Part shown: positions 18,776-28,439 of the stretch, piece by piece
Position numbering within the stretch: position 1 is the stretch's first letter
How the letters are laid out: each line of letters starts with the position of its first letter
IMG/VR virus record: IMGVR_UViG_3300036770_008729
Span: 62,001-126,000 of that record
DNA length: 64,000 bases
Strand: one strand, 5' to 3'
The notes under the pieces: generated by a model
Databases searched by the model: none
Told to the model about the DNA's origin: nothing
Seen by the model: only the letters and a program-made list of their open reading frames with translations
Program-made: the position numbers and the translations under genes

Positions 18776-20040
18776 ATATTAAGAGATACATACCAACCTA
18801 TGAAGAAGCTGTAGAGTTATCCTCTTTTTCTATGTCACCTTTTTATGAGACTAAATTGGTGGTTGATGGTTATAATGTGTCTTTATTTAACTATCGCTTG
18901 GCAAACTATGGTGATTTCAAAAATCCACTTCCCGGTAAAGAAGGATTTGAAATGAGAGGTCTTACTTTTGTATTCAATACTGATGGTTCTCTATACAAAA
19001 GATATATCTTATTACATAAATTTTTCAACTTAAATCAAACTGAAGATTCTCTTTATTCGGAAGTAAAAGATTTAAAAATTAAAACTATACAGAATAAAGA
19101 AGATGGTTCTATTGCTTCTTTTGTAAAACTACCTAATGGTAGAGTAGTTGGTAAAACTAAAATGGGATTTGATAATCTTCAATCTGAGGCAATCAATAGA
19201 ATCTATAATTCTAACAAAGAACTAAAGAAATTTGTTAATTGGTCATTAGATAATGATATAGTTTCAATTTTCGAATATGTGTCACCATCTAACAGAATTG
19301 TTTTAAAATATAATAAAGAAGAATTAATACTTCTTAAACTTCGTTGTAATAAAACTGGTAAGTATTTAAATATGCCTGATTATACTTTTCAGATCGGTAA
19401 TTTAAAAGTGGCTGAGTTTGAAATGTCTACTACTTTAGATGACGTTTTAAAACTTAATGAAACTGAAATTGACAAAGAAGGTAGGGTAATTCATTTTGAA
19501 GGAGACCATTTTGTTAAAGTAAAGAATAATTGGTATGTATCATTACATGGATTACTTACTGAAGACATCTATAAAGAAAATGTTATTATTTCAAACATCT
19601 TAGATGATAAGATAGATGATATAATTGGTCAGATACCACAAGATGATACCTATACTCATAACAGAATTAATAAAATAATCTCTATTGTGAAAAAGTCGGT
19701 CAATGACAAAGTGTCAGAAATAAATGACGCTTATCTACATTTTGTCAATTTAGGTATATCTAAAAAAGATTATGCTATCAATTACAGAATTGATAATGAT
19801 AACTTTGTTTTTGTTATGAATATGATAAAGCATAATGAATTGAAATCTCTTTCTGAAAAAGAAGTAATTGACATTTATAAAGATTATGATTCTTATGAGA
19901 AATCTTTAATAAGAACTGATGTTTGGGAAATGGCTAAAGAGTTTATTAGAGATAAAACCAAAAGACTATTGATTGCTAGAGATTGGTTAAAGGAAAAAGA
20001 CGATAATTTATTTTTTATAGATTTAGAAGGTGATAACTAA
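18772..20040 (+). CDS. T4 Rnl1-like RNA ligase
   Basis: EMRGLTF, HKFFNLNQ, motif I KEDGS, FEYVSPSNRIV, EGRVI, VKVKNNWYVSLH. Confidence 0.88.
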   Translation: MNIKRYIPTYEEAVELSSFSMSPFYETKLVVDGYNVSLFNYRLANYGDFKNPLPGKEGFEMRGLTFVFNTDGSLYKRYILLHKFFNLNQTEDSLYSEVKDLKIKTIQNKEDGSIASFVKLPNGRVVGKTKMGFDNLQSEAINRIYNSNKELKKFVNWSLDNDIVSIFEYVSPSNRIVLKYNKEELILLKLRCNKTGKYLNMPDYTFQIGNLKVAEFEMSTTLDDVLKLNETEIDKEGRVIHFEGDHFVKVKNNWYVSLHGLLTEDIYKENVIISNILDDKIDDIIGQIPQDDTYTHNRINKIISIVKKSVNDKVSEINDAYLHFVNLGISKKDYAINYRIDNDNFVFVMNMIKHNELKSLSEKEVIDIYKDYDSYEKSLIRTDVWEMAKEFIRDKTKRLLIARDWLKEKDDNLFFIDLEGDN

Positions 20041-20050
20041 TATATAGTTA

Positions 20051-20128
20051 ATGAAACTATTTAAATTAATTTTATCACCTTTTACTTATTATATCTTTAA
20101 AAGAATTGAATCAAGAAAAAATTTCTAA
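20051..20128 (+). CDS. putative 25 aa micro-protein
   Basis: MKLFKLILSPFTYYIFKRIESRKNF; AATATATA (20039-20046) 4 nt upstream; stop 1 nt before next ATG. Confidence 0.45.
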   Translation: MKLFKLILSPFTYYIFKRIESRKNF

Positions 20129-20129
20129 T

Positions 20130-20291
20130 ATGAAGAAGATTAAAAGGTATAAAGATTTTAACAAAAAAAGAAAAAGAACTATCATTAAAAAAGTTAGTGA
20201 TGGTCCGTATGGTTGGATTCCAAATTTTGACAGAAATTCTCCAGCACCTGAATCAAAATATGCGGTCAATATTGTTCCAGTTAAAATTTAA
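20130..20291 (+). CDS. small basic protein
   Basis: MKKIKRYKDFN...; 53 aa from ATG 20130. Confidence 0.55.
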   Translation: MKKIKRYKDFNKKRKRTIIKKVSDGPYGWIPNFDRNSPAPESKYAVNIVPVKI

Positions 20292-20407
20292 TTTTTTTAT
20301 AAACCTTTTAATTTTCTTTTTATATAACCTTTCATCAGTAATAAAAACAGTGTTTCCAAAACTTTGGTACACTATTTGATATAACAACAATAAAAAACAA
20401 AAAAACT

Positions 20408-22273
20408 ATGAGTAAAATTATTGGTATAGACTTAGGGAGTTACAACTCCGCAGTATCAGTTTACGAAGGAACTGAAGTAAAAATCATTCCTAATTCCGAG
20501 GGTGGATTAACCACTCCTTCTTATGTAGCATTTACAAAAGATGGTATTAAAGTTGGTGAACCTGCTAAAAGACAAGCAGCCGTTAATCCAGAAAAAACAA
20601 TTTTTAACATTAAGCGTTTAATGGGTAAAACTTGGGAACAAGTTAAAGACCTTAAAAGACCTTATAAAATTGTTAATTCTAATGGAAGACCTGGAGTTAA
20701 GATTGATGATAAGACCTATTCACCCGAAGAAATCTCAGCGATGATTATTCAGAAAATGAAAAAAACTGCTGAAGACTTTTTAGGACACGAAGTTAAAAAG
20801 GCTATCATTACAGTTCCTGCTCACTTTAATTCAGAAGAAAGACAAGCAACTAAACTTGCTGGTGAAATTGCTGGTCTTGAAGTAGAGCGTGTAATTGCCG
20901 AACCAACAGCTGCTATTTTGAATGTTGATTCAAAATCAGAAAAGAAGTATGCAGTTTATGACTTTGGTGGATGTACAATGGACTTGTCTATTGTAGATGT
21001 AGCTGATGGGGTGTTTGAAATTCTATCGACAGATGGTGATTTGGATTTAGGTGGTTCTTTGATTGATGAGAAAATCGTTAATTGGATAGCTGATGAATTC
21101 CAAAAGTCAGAGGGTCAAGATTTAAGAAAAGATCCTATGGCTCATCAAAGATTGTTTGAGGCGGCTGAAAAAGCAAAGATTGAATTATCCGGTTCGCAGA
21201 CCGCGGAAATCAATTTGCCTTACATTACATCTATCGATGGAGTTCCTAAACACTTAGTAAACTCCTTATCTAGATCAAAGTTTGAGCAATTGATTGATGA
21301 TATCGTTGAAAGAACAATTGACAAAGCAAAATCTGCACTTAAATCCTCTGGATTAAAAGTTGGTCAGATTGATGAAGTTTTGTTAGTTGGTGGTTCATCA
21401 AGAATTCCTTTAGCTCAAGATAAGTTAGAAAAACTTTTTGGTAAGAAACCATCTAAGTCACTTAACCCTGACACTTGTGTATCAACTGGTGCTACAATTC
21501 AAGGTGGTGTTATTACAGGTAATGTAACAGATGTTTTATTACTTGATGTTCTTCCTATCTCATTAGGTATTGAAACAATGGGTGGAGTTCTTACTAAATT
21601 AGTTGAAGCTAACACAACGATTCCGACTCGTAAATCGGAAACATTCTCAACGGCGTCTGATAATCAACCATCAGTAGAAATTAATGTTATACAAGGTGAG
21701 CGTCCAATGGCTAAAGATAATAAGTCATTAGGAAGATTTCACTTAGATGGTATTATGCCAGCACCTCGTGGAGTTCCTCAAGTAGAAGTAACTTTTGATA
21801 TCTCAGCTGATGGTATTCTTTCAGTATCAGCGAGAGATAAGGCTACCGGTAAAGAGAATAAGATTCGAATTGAAGGTAGTTCTAAACTTTCTAAAGAGGA
21901 AATCGAAAGAATGAAGGCAGAAGCTGAAGCTAACGCTGAGGTTGACCGCCTTGAAAAAGAAAAGGTTGAAAAGCTGAATATGGCTGATAGTATGATTTTC
22001 CAAACAGAAAAACAGATTAAGGAATTTTCAGACAAATTATCTGATGAAGATAAGAACTCTATCAACACTGATCTTGCAGCTCTTAAAGAAGTCCATTCTA
22101 GTAAAGAAATTGAAAAGATTGACGAAGCTATTAAGAAGCTAAATGAAACTTGGACTGCTATAAGCACTAAAATGTATCAAGCAACTCAAGAACAACCACA
22201 ACCGGAGTCAAATCCTAACTCTGGTGATGGAGGAGATAATGTCCAAGATACAACTTTCGAAGAGGTTAAGTAA
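20408..22273 (+). CDS. dnaK: DnaK/Hsp70 chaperone with divergent phosphate loops
   Basis: [44 protein letters not shown], full lid. Confidence 0.96.
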   Translation: MSKIIGIDLGSYNSAVSVYEGTEVKIIPNSEGGLTTPSYVAFTKDGIKVGEPAKRQAAVNPEKTIFNIKRLMGKTWEQVKDLKRPYKIVNSNGRPGVKIDDKTYSPEEISAMIIQKMKKTAEDFLGHEVKKAIITVPAHFNSEERQATKLAGEIAGLEVERVIAEPTAAILNVDSKSEKKYAVYDFGGCTMDLSIVDVADGVFEILSTDGDLDLGGSLIDEKIVNWIADEFQKSEGQDLRKDPMAHQRLFEAAEKAKIELSGSQTAEINLPYITSIDGVPKHLVNSLSRSKFEQLIDDIVERTIDKAKSALKSSGLKVGQIDEVLLVGGSSRIPLAQDKLEKLFGKKPSKSLNPDTCVSTGATIQGGVITGNVTDVLLLDVLPISLGIETMGGVLTKLVEANTTIPTRKSETFSTASDNQPSVEINVIQGERPMAKDNKSLGRFHLDGIMPAPRGVPQVEVTFDISADGILSVSARDKATGKENKIRIEGSSKLSKEEIERMKAEAEANAEVDRLEKEKVEKLNMADSMIFQTEKQIKEFSDKLSDEDKNSINTDLAALKEVHSSKEIEKIDEAIKKLNETWTAISTKMYQATQEQPQPESNPNSGDGGDNVQDTTFEEVK

Positions 22274-22388
22274 TGTCTACTTTTAGGTCGTAAGTCAGGA
22301 AAAGGAACGGAACTGAAACCTCTTAGAAATAAGGTAAGGAAACGAATGTAAAAAGCCTGATGTTTTGACCCCGTTCAGTTAAAGACAT
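22273..22388 (+). ncRNA. candidate structured RNA downstream of dnaK
   Basis: Nested complementary pairs ATGTCT/AGACAT, GGTC/GACC, TCAGG/CCTGA, CTTA-GAAA-TAAG hairpin and crossing AACTGAA/TTCAGTT; lies before the terminator. Confidence 0.45.
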
Positions 22389-22395
22389 GAAAGAC

Positions 22396-22423
22396 AAAAC
22401 CCAGTCAATGACTGGGTTTTTTT
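22396..22423. terminator. bidirectional intrinsic terminator
   Basis: aaaacccagtca-a-tgactgggttttttt. Confidence 0.85.
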
Positions 22424-22429
22424 ATTAAA

Positions 22430-23671
22430 TTAATCTGATGAATATTCATCGTATCCACCACCAGTGTCTCTTAATTCTTTACCACTACCTTTTTCATAAT
22501 TATAAAGACATCCATCATCATCATTAAGATAAGACATAGTATCTAAATAAGGATATTGACTAAAATCTGAATCCTCTAAAACAACTTTTATCCTACACTT
22601 TTTAGTAGTTTTTCCATCTGTAATTGATTCATATTGATCCATATTTTGATTTCTTTTCCACCAGAATCCTTGTTTTTCAGCAAATTGTTTGAATAATTCA
22701 ACATCAGAATCTTGCATAGTATAAATTCTATCCATAAACTTTGCAGGTGTTCCATCAATTAAACAATTCCAAAGAATTGCTCTGCCTTTGATTTTTTCAG
22801 CAGTATATTTTTCACCTTCAATTTTACCATCATCTCCATAAAGTATCACTAATGAAACATTTGAATTTTCTGTGTAGATTTGAAAATATTCTTTTTCAAC
22901 GTCAGCCATACAAGAATTAGCAAGTGTCCCACCACCTTTTACATATCTATTATTGTCATACCAATAAGCAATATCATCACCTGTAGCTATATCAAATTGT
23001 TTAAGAATATCTTTTGCAAAGTCATAAGTCGCTTTATATTGATTTGTAAAATCTTCAATTTCTTTATCTGAAAATGTTATTTTAGCTGATCCTAATACTG
23101 CTCTAACTAATCTACCAATTCTAATTGGATTTCTAGATGTATTCCAAAGTCTCATATCTTCAGCTTCTGTTGGTTCCATCGCTACTTTATTGATAACACC
23201 TACTCTTGGATTATCAACACCATATTCTTGAAACATAACATAAATATTACCAGAACTTTGACTAACAGTTTCACCAGTGATGATACCTATTGTTCCTGAT
23301 TCGGGTGCCCAACATCCATATTTATCTTTATCATATCCTAAGGCTCTAAATAATCGATTATTGCCTGTACTATTTGTTAAGTATCTTCCGGATTCAATAA
23401 TTTTCCAAGTCTCAGGTCTATCTTTTGTAAGTTCTTGAACTTTTCTATCTGGAGTAAAACTTACCTCTTCTTTATTGTCTGTTATATCGATATAATTTTG
23501 TGTAAGTTTATCAACTTCTTTGTGATAAAGATTAAGTAAATCATTAGCAATTTTATTTGATTTCATTCTATTCAAAAGATTAATAAATTTCTTTGAATAA
23601 ATTAATTTCGATTCTAGTAATAGTTCATACAATTTACTTTCTGTAATATATTCTTGATATCTTTTAATCAT
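22430..23671 (-). CDS. 413 aa phage protein with CTS-like N-terminus and SCM...GRAILW...MDRIY...YPYLDT motifs
   Basis: Starts MIKRYQEYITES; conserved-looking C-terminal domain of unknown function. Confidence 0.8.
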   Translation of the reverse strand: MIKRYQEYITESKLYELLLESKLIYSKKFINLLNRMKSNKIANDLLNLYHKEVDKLTQNYIDITDNKEEVSFTPDRKVQELTKDRPETWKIIESGRYLTNSTGNNRLFRALGYDKDKYGCWAPESGTIGIITGETVSQSSGNIYVMFQEYGVDNPRVGVINKVAMEPTEAEDMRLWNTSRNPIRIGRLVRAVLGSAKITFSDKEIEDFTNQYKATYDFAKDILKQFDIATGDDIAYWYDNNRYVKGGGTLANSCMADVEKEYFQIYTENSNVSLVILYGDDGKIEGEKYTAEKIKGRAILWNCLIDGTPAKFMDRIYTMQDSDVELFKQFAEKQGFWWKRNQNMDQYESITDGKTTKKCRIKVVLEDSDFSQYPYLDTMSYLNDDDGCLYNYEKGSGKELRDTGGGYDEYSSD

Positions 23672-23761
23672 AAAAATAATTTTTTTACTATTTGTATATA
23701 TTATTTTATCATTTTACAATAATTGATTTTTTAATCAAAAATATTTAAAAATATATACATC

Positions 23762-24022
23762 ATGAAAAAATTAGTTCAGTTCGCTATGAGAGATGAAATA
23801 ATAAAACTTATCAAAATTCTTGGCATTGGGCTTACCGAATTAGTAATTGAGTTTCATTTGGATTGTGGTAATTTTGAGACTATTGAATATTCATCTGAAG
23901 ATGACTCCTTACTACTTCACATTTTCAAAGATGAGGATTTAGATATAACTTTTGACTTTGATGATTTAAATGAAGAAGATCAGAAAAGAGTTTACATAAC
24001 TTTAGCCGTGTTATACAATTAA
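23762..24022 (+). CDS. acidic hypothetical protein
   Basis: 86 aa; AATATATA (23750-23757) 4 nt upstream. Confidence 0.65.
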   Translation: MKKLVQFAMRDEIIKLIKILGIGLTELVIEFHLDCGNFETIEYSSEDDSLLLHIFKDEDLDITFDFDDLNEEDQKRVYITLAVLYN

Positions 24023-25032
24023 AGTGAATTAAGCATCTGAATTAGTTCTTTCTGTGGAAATACATCAAATTTATCTTGTCTAACCTGTGTATGACTTCTT
24101 AAACCACCATTAGTGAACCATTTGCTATCAAAATTAAACCAATTTTCATCATAAATACCTTTTTCTATTTCAATTGCCCATTTGTTTTGTAGATATTTTA
24201 TCAACTTATATGTGCTGTCAATTTGAGCATCTGTATATTTCTCATAATATTTATATCCTCTGAATGGTTTATCTAATTCAACAACTTCTGAATCATTTAT
24301 TGGTTTATTTACATAATTATAGAATCTAGAGTCTTTTCCTAAAGTAAGTGGACCATAATTACAAATTTCAATTCCTATTGATTTTGAGTTTAAATCTTCA
24401 TTTTTTGATGAAGATATACCCAAGTGATACGCCCAAAACTTATCATCAAATGCTCTCAGTATTTTACCATCCCATAATACATCATCTGTTGATGATGATT
24501 TTCTTCCAATAACATAAGATGTTGCTACTTTAAGAGGTTTTGGATTTCCGTTTGAATCTAAGACAGGATTTCCATTTTTATCTTTTAGAAAATCTTTTTC
24601 CCAACCACCTATACTCCAATCAGGTCTTGATCCACCAGCGGTGTGATGTAAGTAGATTGTTTCTTTTCTAGTTTCTTTCTTGATATATTCTTCATCCGTT
24701 AAAAGATGGTCATATATTCTTAGTCCTGATTCACCTATATGTGATATTTGATTTGGAATATCCACTAACTTTATTAGCTTAGGGGTATTTTGTTCTTTTA
24801 TTGTCTTCTTTTTTTCATGATATCCAATTATATTACTCCAAGTAATTGGACCTACAACACCATCTGGTTTAAGATTTACATCTCTTTGAAAGTTTGTAAC
24901 TGACAAAAGAGTATTTTGTCCAAAAAAACCATCAACTCTGTCTTTAAAAAATCCAAACTCTTTTAATTTTGTTTGAAGAAACCTAACATCTTCTCCTGAC
25001 ATTTTAAGCATTATAACTCTTTGTAGTTTCAT
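24019..25032 (-). CDS. endolysin: N-terminal PG-binding domain plus N-acetylmuramoyl-L-alanine amidase (Amidase_2)
   Basis: GEDVRFLQ...DGFFG...FQ...DGVVGPITW; IYLHHTAG, SIGIEICN, SHTQV...DKFD. Confidence 0.88.
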   Translation of the reverse strand: MKLQRVIMLKMSGEDVRFLQTKLKEFGFFKDRVDGFFGQNTLLSVTNFQRDVNLKPDGVVGPITWSNIIGYHEKKKTIKEQNTPKLIKLVDIPNQISHIGESGLRIYDHLLTDEEYIKKETRKETIYLHHTAGGSRPDWSIGGWEKDFLKDKNGNPVLDSNGNPKPLKVATSYVIGRKSSSTDDVLWDGKILRAFDDKFWAYHLGISSSKNEDLNSKSIGIEICNYGPLTLGKDSRFYNYVNKPINDSEVVELDKPFRGYKYYEKYTDAQIDSTYKLIKYLQNKWAIEIEKGIYDENWFNFDSKWFTNGGLRSHTQVRQDKFDVFPQKELIQMLNSL

Positions 25033-25547
25033 AAAGATTCTTTATTTTTATATCTTTCGTTTTGTTTTTTTTCTAAGTAAGCTTTCAAATCAGCATAAGA
25101 AACGTTACCAGGATTCTTCAAAATCATATCGGCATTTCCATCTGGTTTAGGTTCTAATTTTCTTAGTTCTTCTTTTTTCACTCTTTCTTCATACTCTTCC
25201 TCAACTCCTTTTAGAATAAATCCTAAAAATGAATCAACTCCTTTTTCTGAAACTTTTTCTTCATCCCACTGAAATAGAAACTCTTCGAAATTTGAATTAT
25301 AATATGCTGCAATTGTATTATCTTTCACATAGTGGTCAGTATAAAATCTGATGTCACCTACATTACCCTGTGCATAAAGTGTAGATTTGTATGTTGAATA
25401 ATAAAAATTGGCAAACTTATCCTTATCACTAATCATTCTTTTACCATTTTTGTCCATAGTAGAGGAAAGTCCTAGATTTACACGGAAGTACTTACTTTGT
25501 TTAAATTTATTGATTGTATGATATCCTGCGACAATATGTAGTGCCAT
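25029..25547 (-). CDS. hypothetical protein
   Basis: 172 aa, coupled to endolysin. Confidence 0.7.
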   Translation of the reverse strand: MALHIVAGYHTINKFKQSKYFRVNLGLSSTMDKNGKRMISDKDKFANFYYSTYKSTLYAQGNVGDIRFYTDHYVKDNTIAAYYNSNFEEFLFQWDEEKVSEKGVDSFLGFILKGVEEEYEERVKKEELRKLEPKPDGNADMILKNPGNVSYADLKAYLEKKQNERYKNKESL

Positions 25548-25567
25548 ACATTATTTATTAAAATGTA

Positions 25568-26182
25568 CTACTCCTCTTTATCTTCAGTTTCTATTCCTAA
25601 ATCTTCTTTATCATCAAACTTTTCATCAAGTTCTATTTTTAGTTCAATTAGAAACTCTTCTTTAATTTTCTTAATTTCTACATTTTTGGTAATTTGTCCT
25701 ATGATATCAAATGTATCAATATCATATTTTTTGAACTTTATATAACACTTTTGAATATCATCTTCACTAAAGTCCTTATTAGGATCTTTTGAGATACCTT
25801 CTTTCAAATCAATCATTATGATTAATGTGTAAGTAGCCATATCATCAGAAAATTTAACAGTGAGTGAATCATAAAGTTTAGAATATTTAGAAATTTCAGA
25901 ACTTTCTAATCTTACTCCCAAATCTTTGAAAGACATTTTTTCCTCTTCACCTTCTTCTTCGCCCTGTTCTTTTGCCTTTTTTATACTTTTTTCTTTTTTA
26001 GATTTCTTTTCCTCATCAAAGATATCATTTTGTGGATCTATAAAATCAGCAGATTCCTCATCATCCTCTTCAAACATTCTATCAATTTTTCTTTTGATCT
26101 TCATCAAAGCCATAGAAATATATGACTCAGGAGTATCATTCATACCCTCATTGATAAACTCTGTAAACTTTATTATTTTCAT
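25568..26182 (-). CDS. acidic protein with CTS-like N-terminus
   Basis: MKIIKFTEFINEG; AATATATA 6 nt upstream. Confidence 0.75.
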   Translation of the reverse strand: MKIIKFTEFINEGMNDTPESYISMALMKIKRKIDRMFEEDDEESADFIDPQNDIFDEEKKSKKEKSIKKAKEQGEEEGEEEKMSFKDLGVRLESSEISKYSKLYDSLTVKFSDDMATYTLIIMIDLKEGISKDPNKDFSEDDIQKCYIKFKKYDIDTFDIIGQITKNVEIKKIKEEFLIELKIELDEKFDDKEDLGIETEDKEE

Positions 26183-26262
26183 ATAATCTATATATTAAAA
26201 TCACTTTTCCATTTTTGAAAAAAAGAAAAATCTATATATACCAACAAAATCAAATTAATACT

Positions 26263-26415
26263 ATGCCTTTGCCATATTTCTCTTTTCTTCCTATGTATAA
26301 TAGGATTAGAATGAAAAAAATTAGAACAATATTCAATATCAATATGGATAATAGACTGGAGGAAAAATCTTCTGACAGTAAACTTAAAATGAGTACAAGT
26401 TTGTTTAGAAACTGA
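26263..26415 (+). CDS. possible 50 aa protein upstream of prkA
   Basis: MPLPYFSFLPMYNRIRMKK...; no independent support. Confidence 0.3.
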   Translation: MPLPYFSFLPMYNRIRMKKIRTIFNINMDNRLEEKSSDSKLKMSTSLFRN

Positions 26416-26499
26416 GAGTAGAAAAAAGAAAAATGTATATATACCTTATAGAACTTATTTATTTTAACTAAATATAAAATCAAAAAATAGCCTTAAAAC

Positions 26500-28422
26500 A
26501 TGAGCTTATTATCCACCATCAAAAAGAACTTTTCACAATCTGAAAAAGATATCTCAATCGAAGAGTATCTAAAACTATGTAAATCAGATAAAAAAACTTA
26601 TCTTTCTCCTGCTGAACGAATGCTTGACGCTATCGGTGAAGCTGAACTAATCGAAACTAAATTAGACGAAAGATTAAGTAGAATATACTCAAATAGAGTA
26701 ATAAAAAGATATCCAGCATTTTCTGAATTCTTTGGAATGGAAGATACAATCGAACAAATTGTTTCTTTCTTTAAACATGCCGCACAAGGTTTAGAAGAAA
26801 AGAAACAAATTCTTTATCTTTTAGGACCTGTTGGTGGTGGTAAATCATCATTGGCTGAAAGATTAAAACAATTAATGGAAAAAAGTCACATCTATGTTTT
26901 AGTTGCGAATGACGAGGTTTCTCCTGTTTGGGAAAACCCACTTGGTTTATTTTCATCATATAGAGAACAATTAGAAGAAGAATATGGAATTCCTAAAAGA
27001 TATGTTCCGTCTTGTCCTTCACCGTGGGCTACTAAAAGATTAGCTGAGTTTGATGGTGATATCACTAAATTCAAAGTTAGAAAACTTAAAATGTCTATTG
27101 CTTCTCAAATTGGTATTTCCAAAGTTGAACCAGGTGACGAAAATAATCAAGATATCTCTTCATTAGTAGGTAAAGTTGATATTAGAAAATTAGCCGAGTT
27201 CCCACAAAATGATGCTGACGCTTATTCATATTCAGGAGCACTCTGTAAATCTAATCAGGGTTTAATGGAATTTGTTGAGATGTTTAAGGCACCGATAAAA
27301 TTATTACATCCGCTATTAACAGCAACACAAGAAGGAAATTTTAATGGCACTGAAAATTTACCAGCTATTCCTTTTCAGGGTATTTTATTAGCTCACTCTA
27401 ATGAAAGTGAATGGGAAACTTTCTCAAATGATAAGAAGAATGAGGCTTTCTTAGATCGTGTTTATATTGTGAGAGTTCCTTATTGTTTAAGAGTTGATGA
27501 AGAAGTTCAGATTTATCAAAAACTCTTAAAACATTCTTCTCTTTCAGGTTCGTCTTGTGCTCCTCAAACATTAGATTTGCTTGCTGAATTCTGTGTTATG
27601 ACTAGACTTAAAAATCCAGAAAACTCTCTACTATATTCTAAAATGAGAGTCTATAATGGTGAAAACTTAAAAGAGTCTGATCCAAAAGCTAAATCTTTAC
27701 AAGAATATAAAGATGATGCCGGTATCACAGAAGGTATGTCTGGTATTTCAACTCGTTTTGCGTTCAAAGTTCTCTCTAAGGTATTCAATCACGATTCAGA
27801 AGAAGTGGCTGCTAATCCTGTTCATCTGTTTTATGTATTAGAGCATGAAATAATTAAAGCTCAAATGACTAAGGAAGTAGAAGATTATTACTTAAATATC
27901 TTAAAATCAACTTTAACTAGTAAATACGCTGAGTTTATCGGTGATGAAATACAAAAAGCTTATGTTGATTCTTATCAAGAATATGGTCAAAATCTATTTG
28001 AGAGATACATCACTTATGCTGACCACTGGTGCCAAGATAATGATTTCAGAGATCCTGAAACCGGACAACAATTTGATAGAGCTGCACTTAATGAAGAATT
28101 AGAAAAAATTGAAAAACCAGCTGGTATTGCTAATCCAAAAGATTTTAGAAATGATTTAGTTCAATTTTATCTAAGACACAAAGCTAAAAATGGTAAATCA
28201 CCATCTTGGGACTCTTATGAGAAAATTAAGAATGTTATTGAAAAAAGAATCTTCTCTAAAACAGAAGACCTTATTCCTGTTATTTCTTTCACATCTAAGG
28301 CATCCAAAGATGAACAAAAGAAACATTCTGAATTTGTTAATAGAATGAAAGATAGAGGTTACACTAATAAACAGATTAAATTACTCACTGACTGGTATTT
28401 AAGAATTAGGAAGTCAAATTAA
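26500..28422 (+). CDS. prkA: PrkA/YeaG family AAA+ ATPase / serine kinase
   Basis: EFFGMEDTIEQIV, ILYLLGPVGGGKSSLAE, PGDENNQDIS, GLMEFVEMFKAP, NEAFLDR, GMSGISTRF. Confidence 0.95.
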   Translation: MSLLSTIKKNFSQSEKDISIEEYLKLCKSDKKTYLSPAERMLDAIGEAELIETKLDERLSRIYSNRVIKRYPAFSEFFGMEDTIEQIVSFFKHAAQGLEEKKQILYLLGPVGGGKSSLAERLKQLMEKSHIYVLVANDEVSPVWENPLGLFSSYREQLEEEYGIPKRYVPSCPSPWATKRLAEFDGDITKFKVRKLKMSIASQIGISKVEPGDENNQDISSLVGKVDIRKLAEFPQNDADAYSYSGALCKSNQGLMEFVEMFKAPIKLLHPLLTATQEGNFNGTENLPAIPFQGILLAHSNESEWETFSNDKKNEAFLDRVYIVRVPYCLRVDEEVQIYQKLLKHSSLSGSSCAPQTLDLLAEFCVMTRLKNPENSLLYSKMRVYNGENLKESDPKAKSLQEYKDDAGITEGMSGISTRFAFKVLSKVFNHDSEEVAANPVHLFYVLEHEIIKAQMTKEVEDYYLNILKSTLTSKYAEFIGDEIQKAYVDSYQEYGQNLFERYITYADHWCQDNDFRDPETGQQFDRAALNEELEKIEKPAGIANPKDFRNDLVQFYLRHKAKNGKSPSWDSYEKIKNVIEKRIFSKTEDLIPVISFTSKASKDEQKKHSEFVNRMKDRGYTNKQIKLLTDWYLRIRKSN

Positions 28423-28439
28423 AAAATAGACCCAATTTT

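Noticed and set aside
22273-22388. Naming the dnaK-downstream RNA as a c-di-GMP-I riboswitch or hammerhead ribozyme
   Set aside because: It has AAACC...GAAA...AAAGCC and CTGATG fragments, but the spacing and hammerhead core (CUGANGA...GAAA) do not match, and it is 3' of a gene. Kept only as an unnamed candidate.
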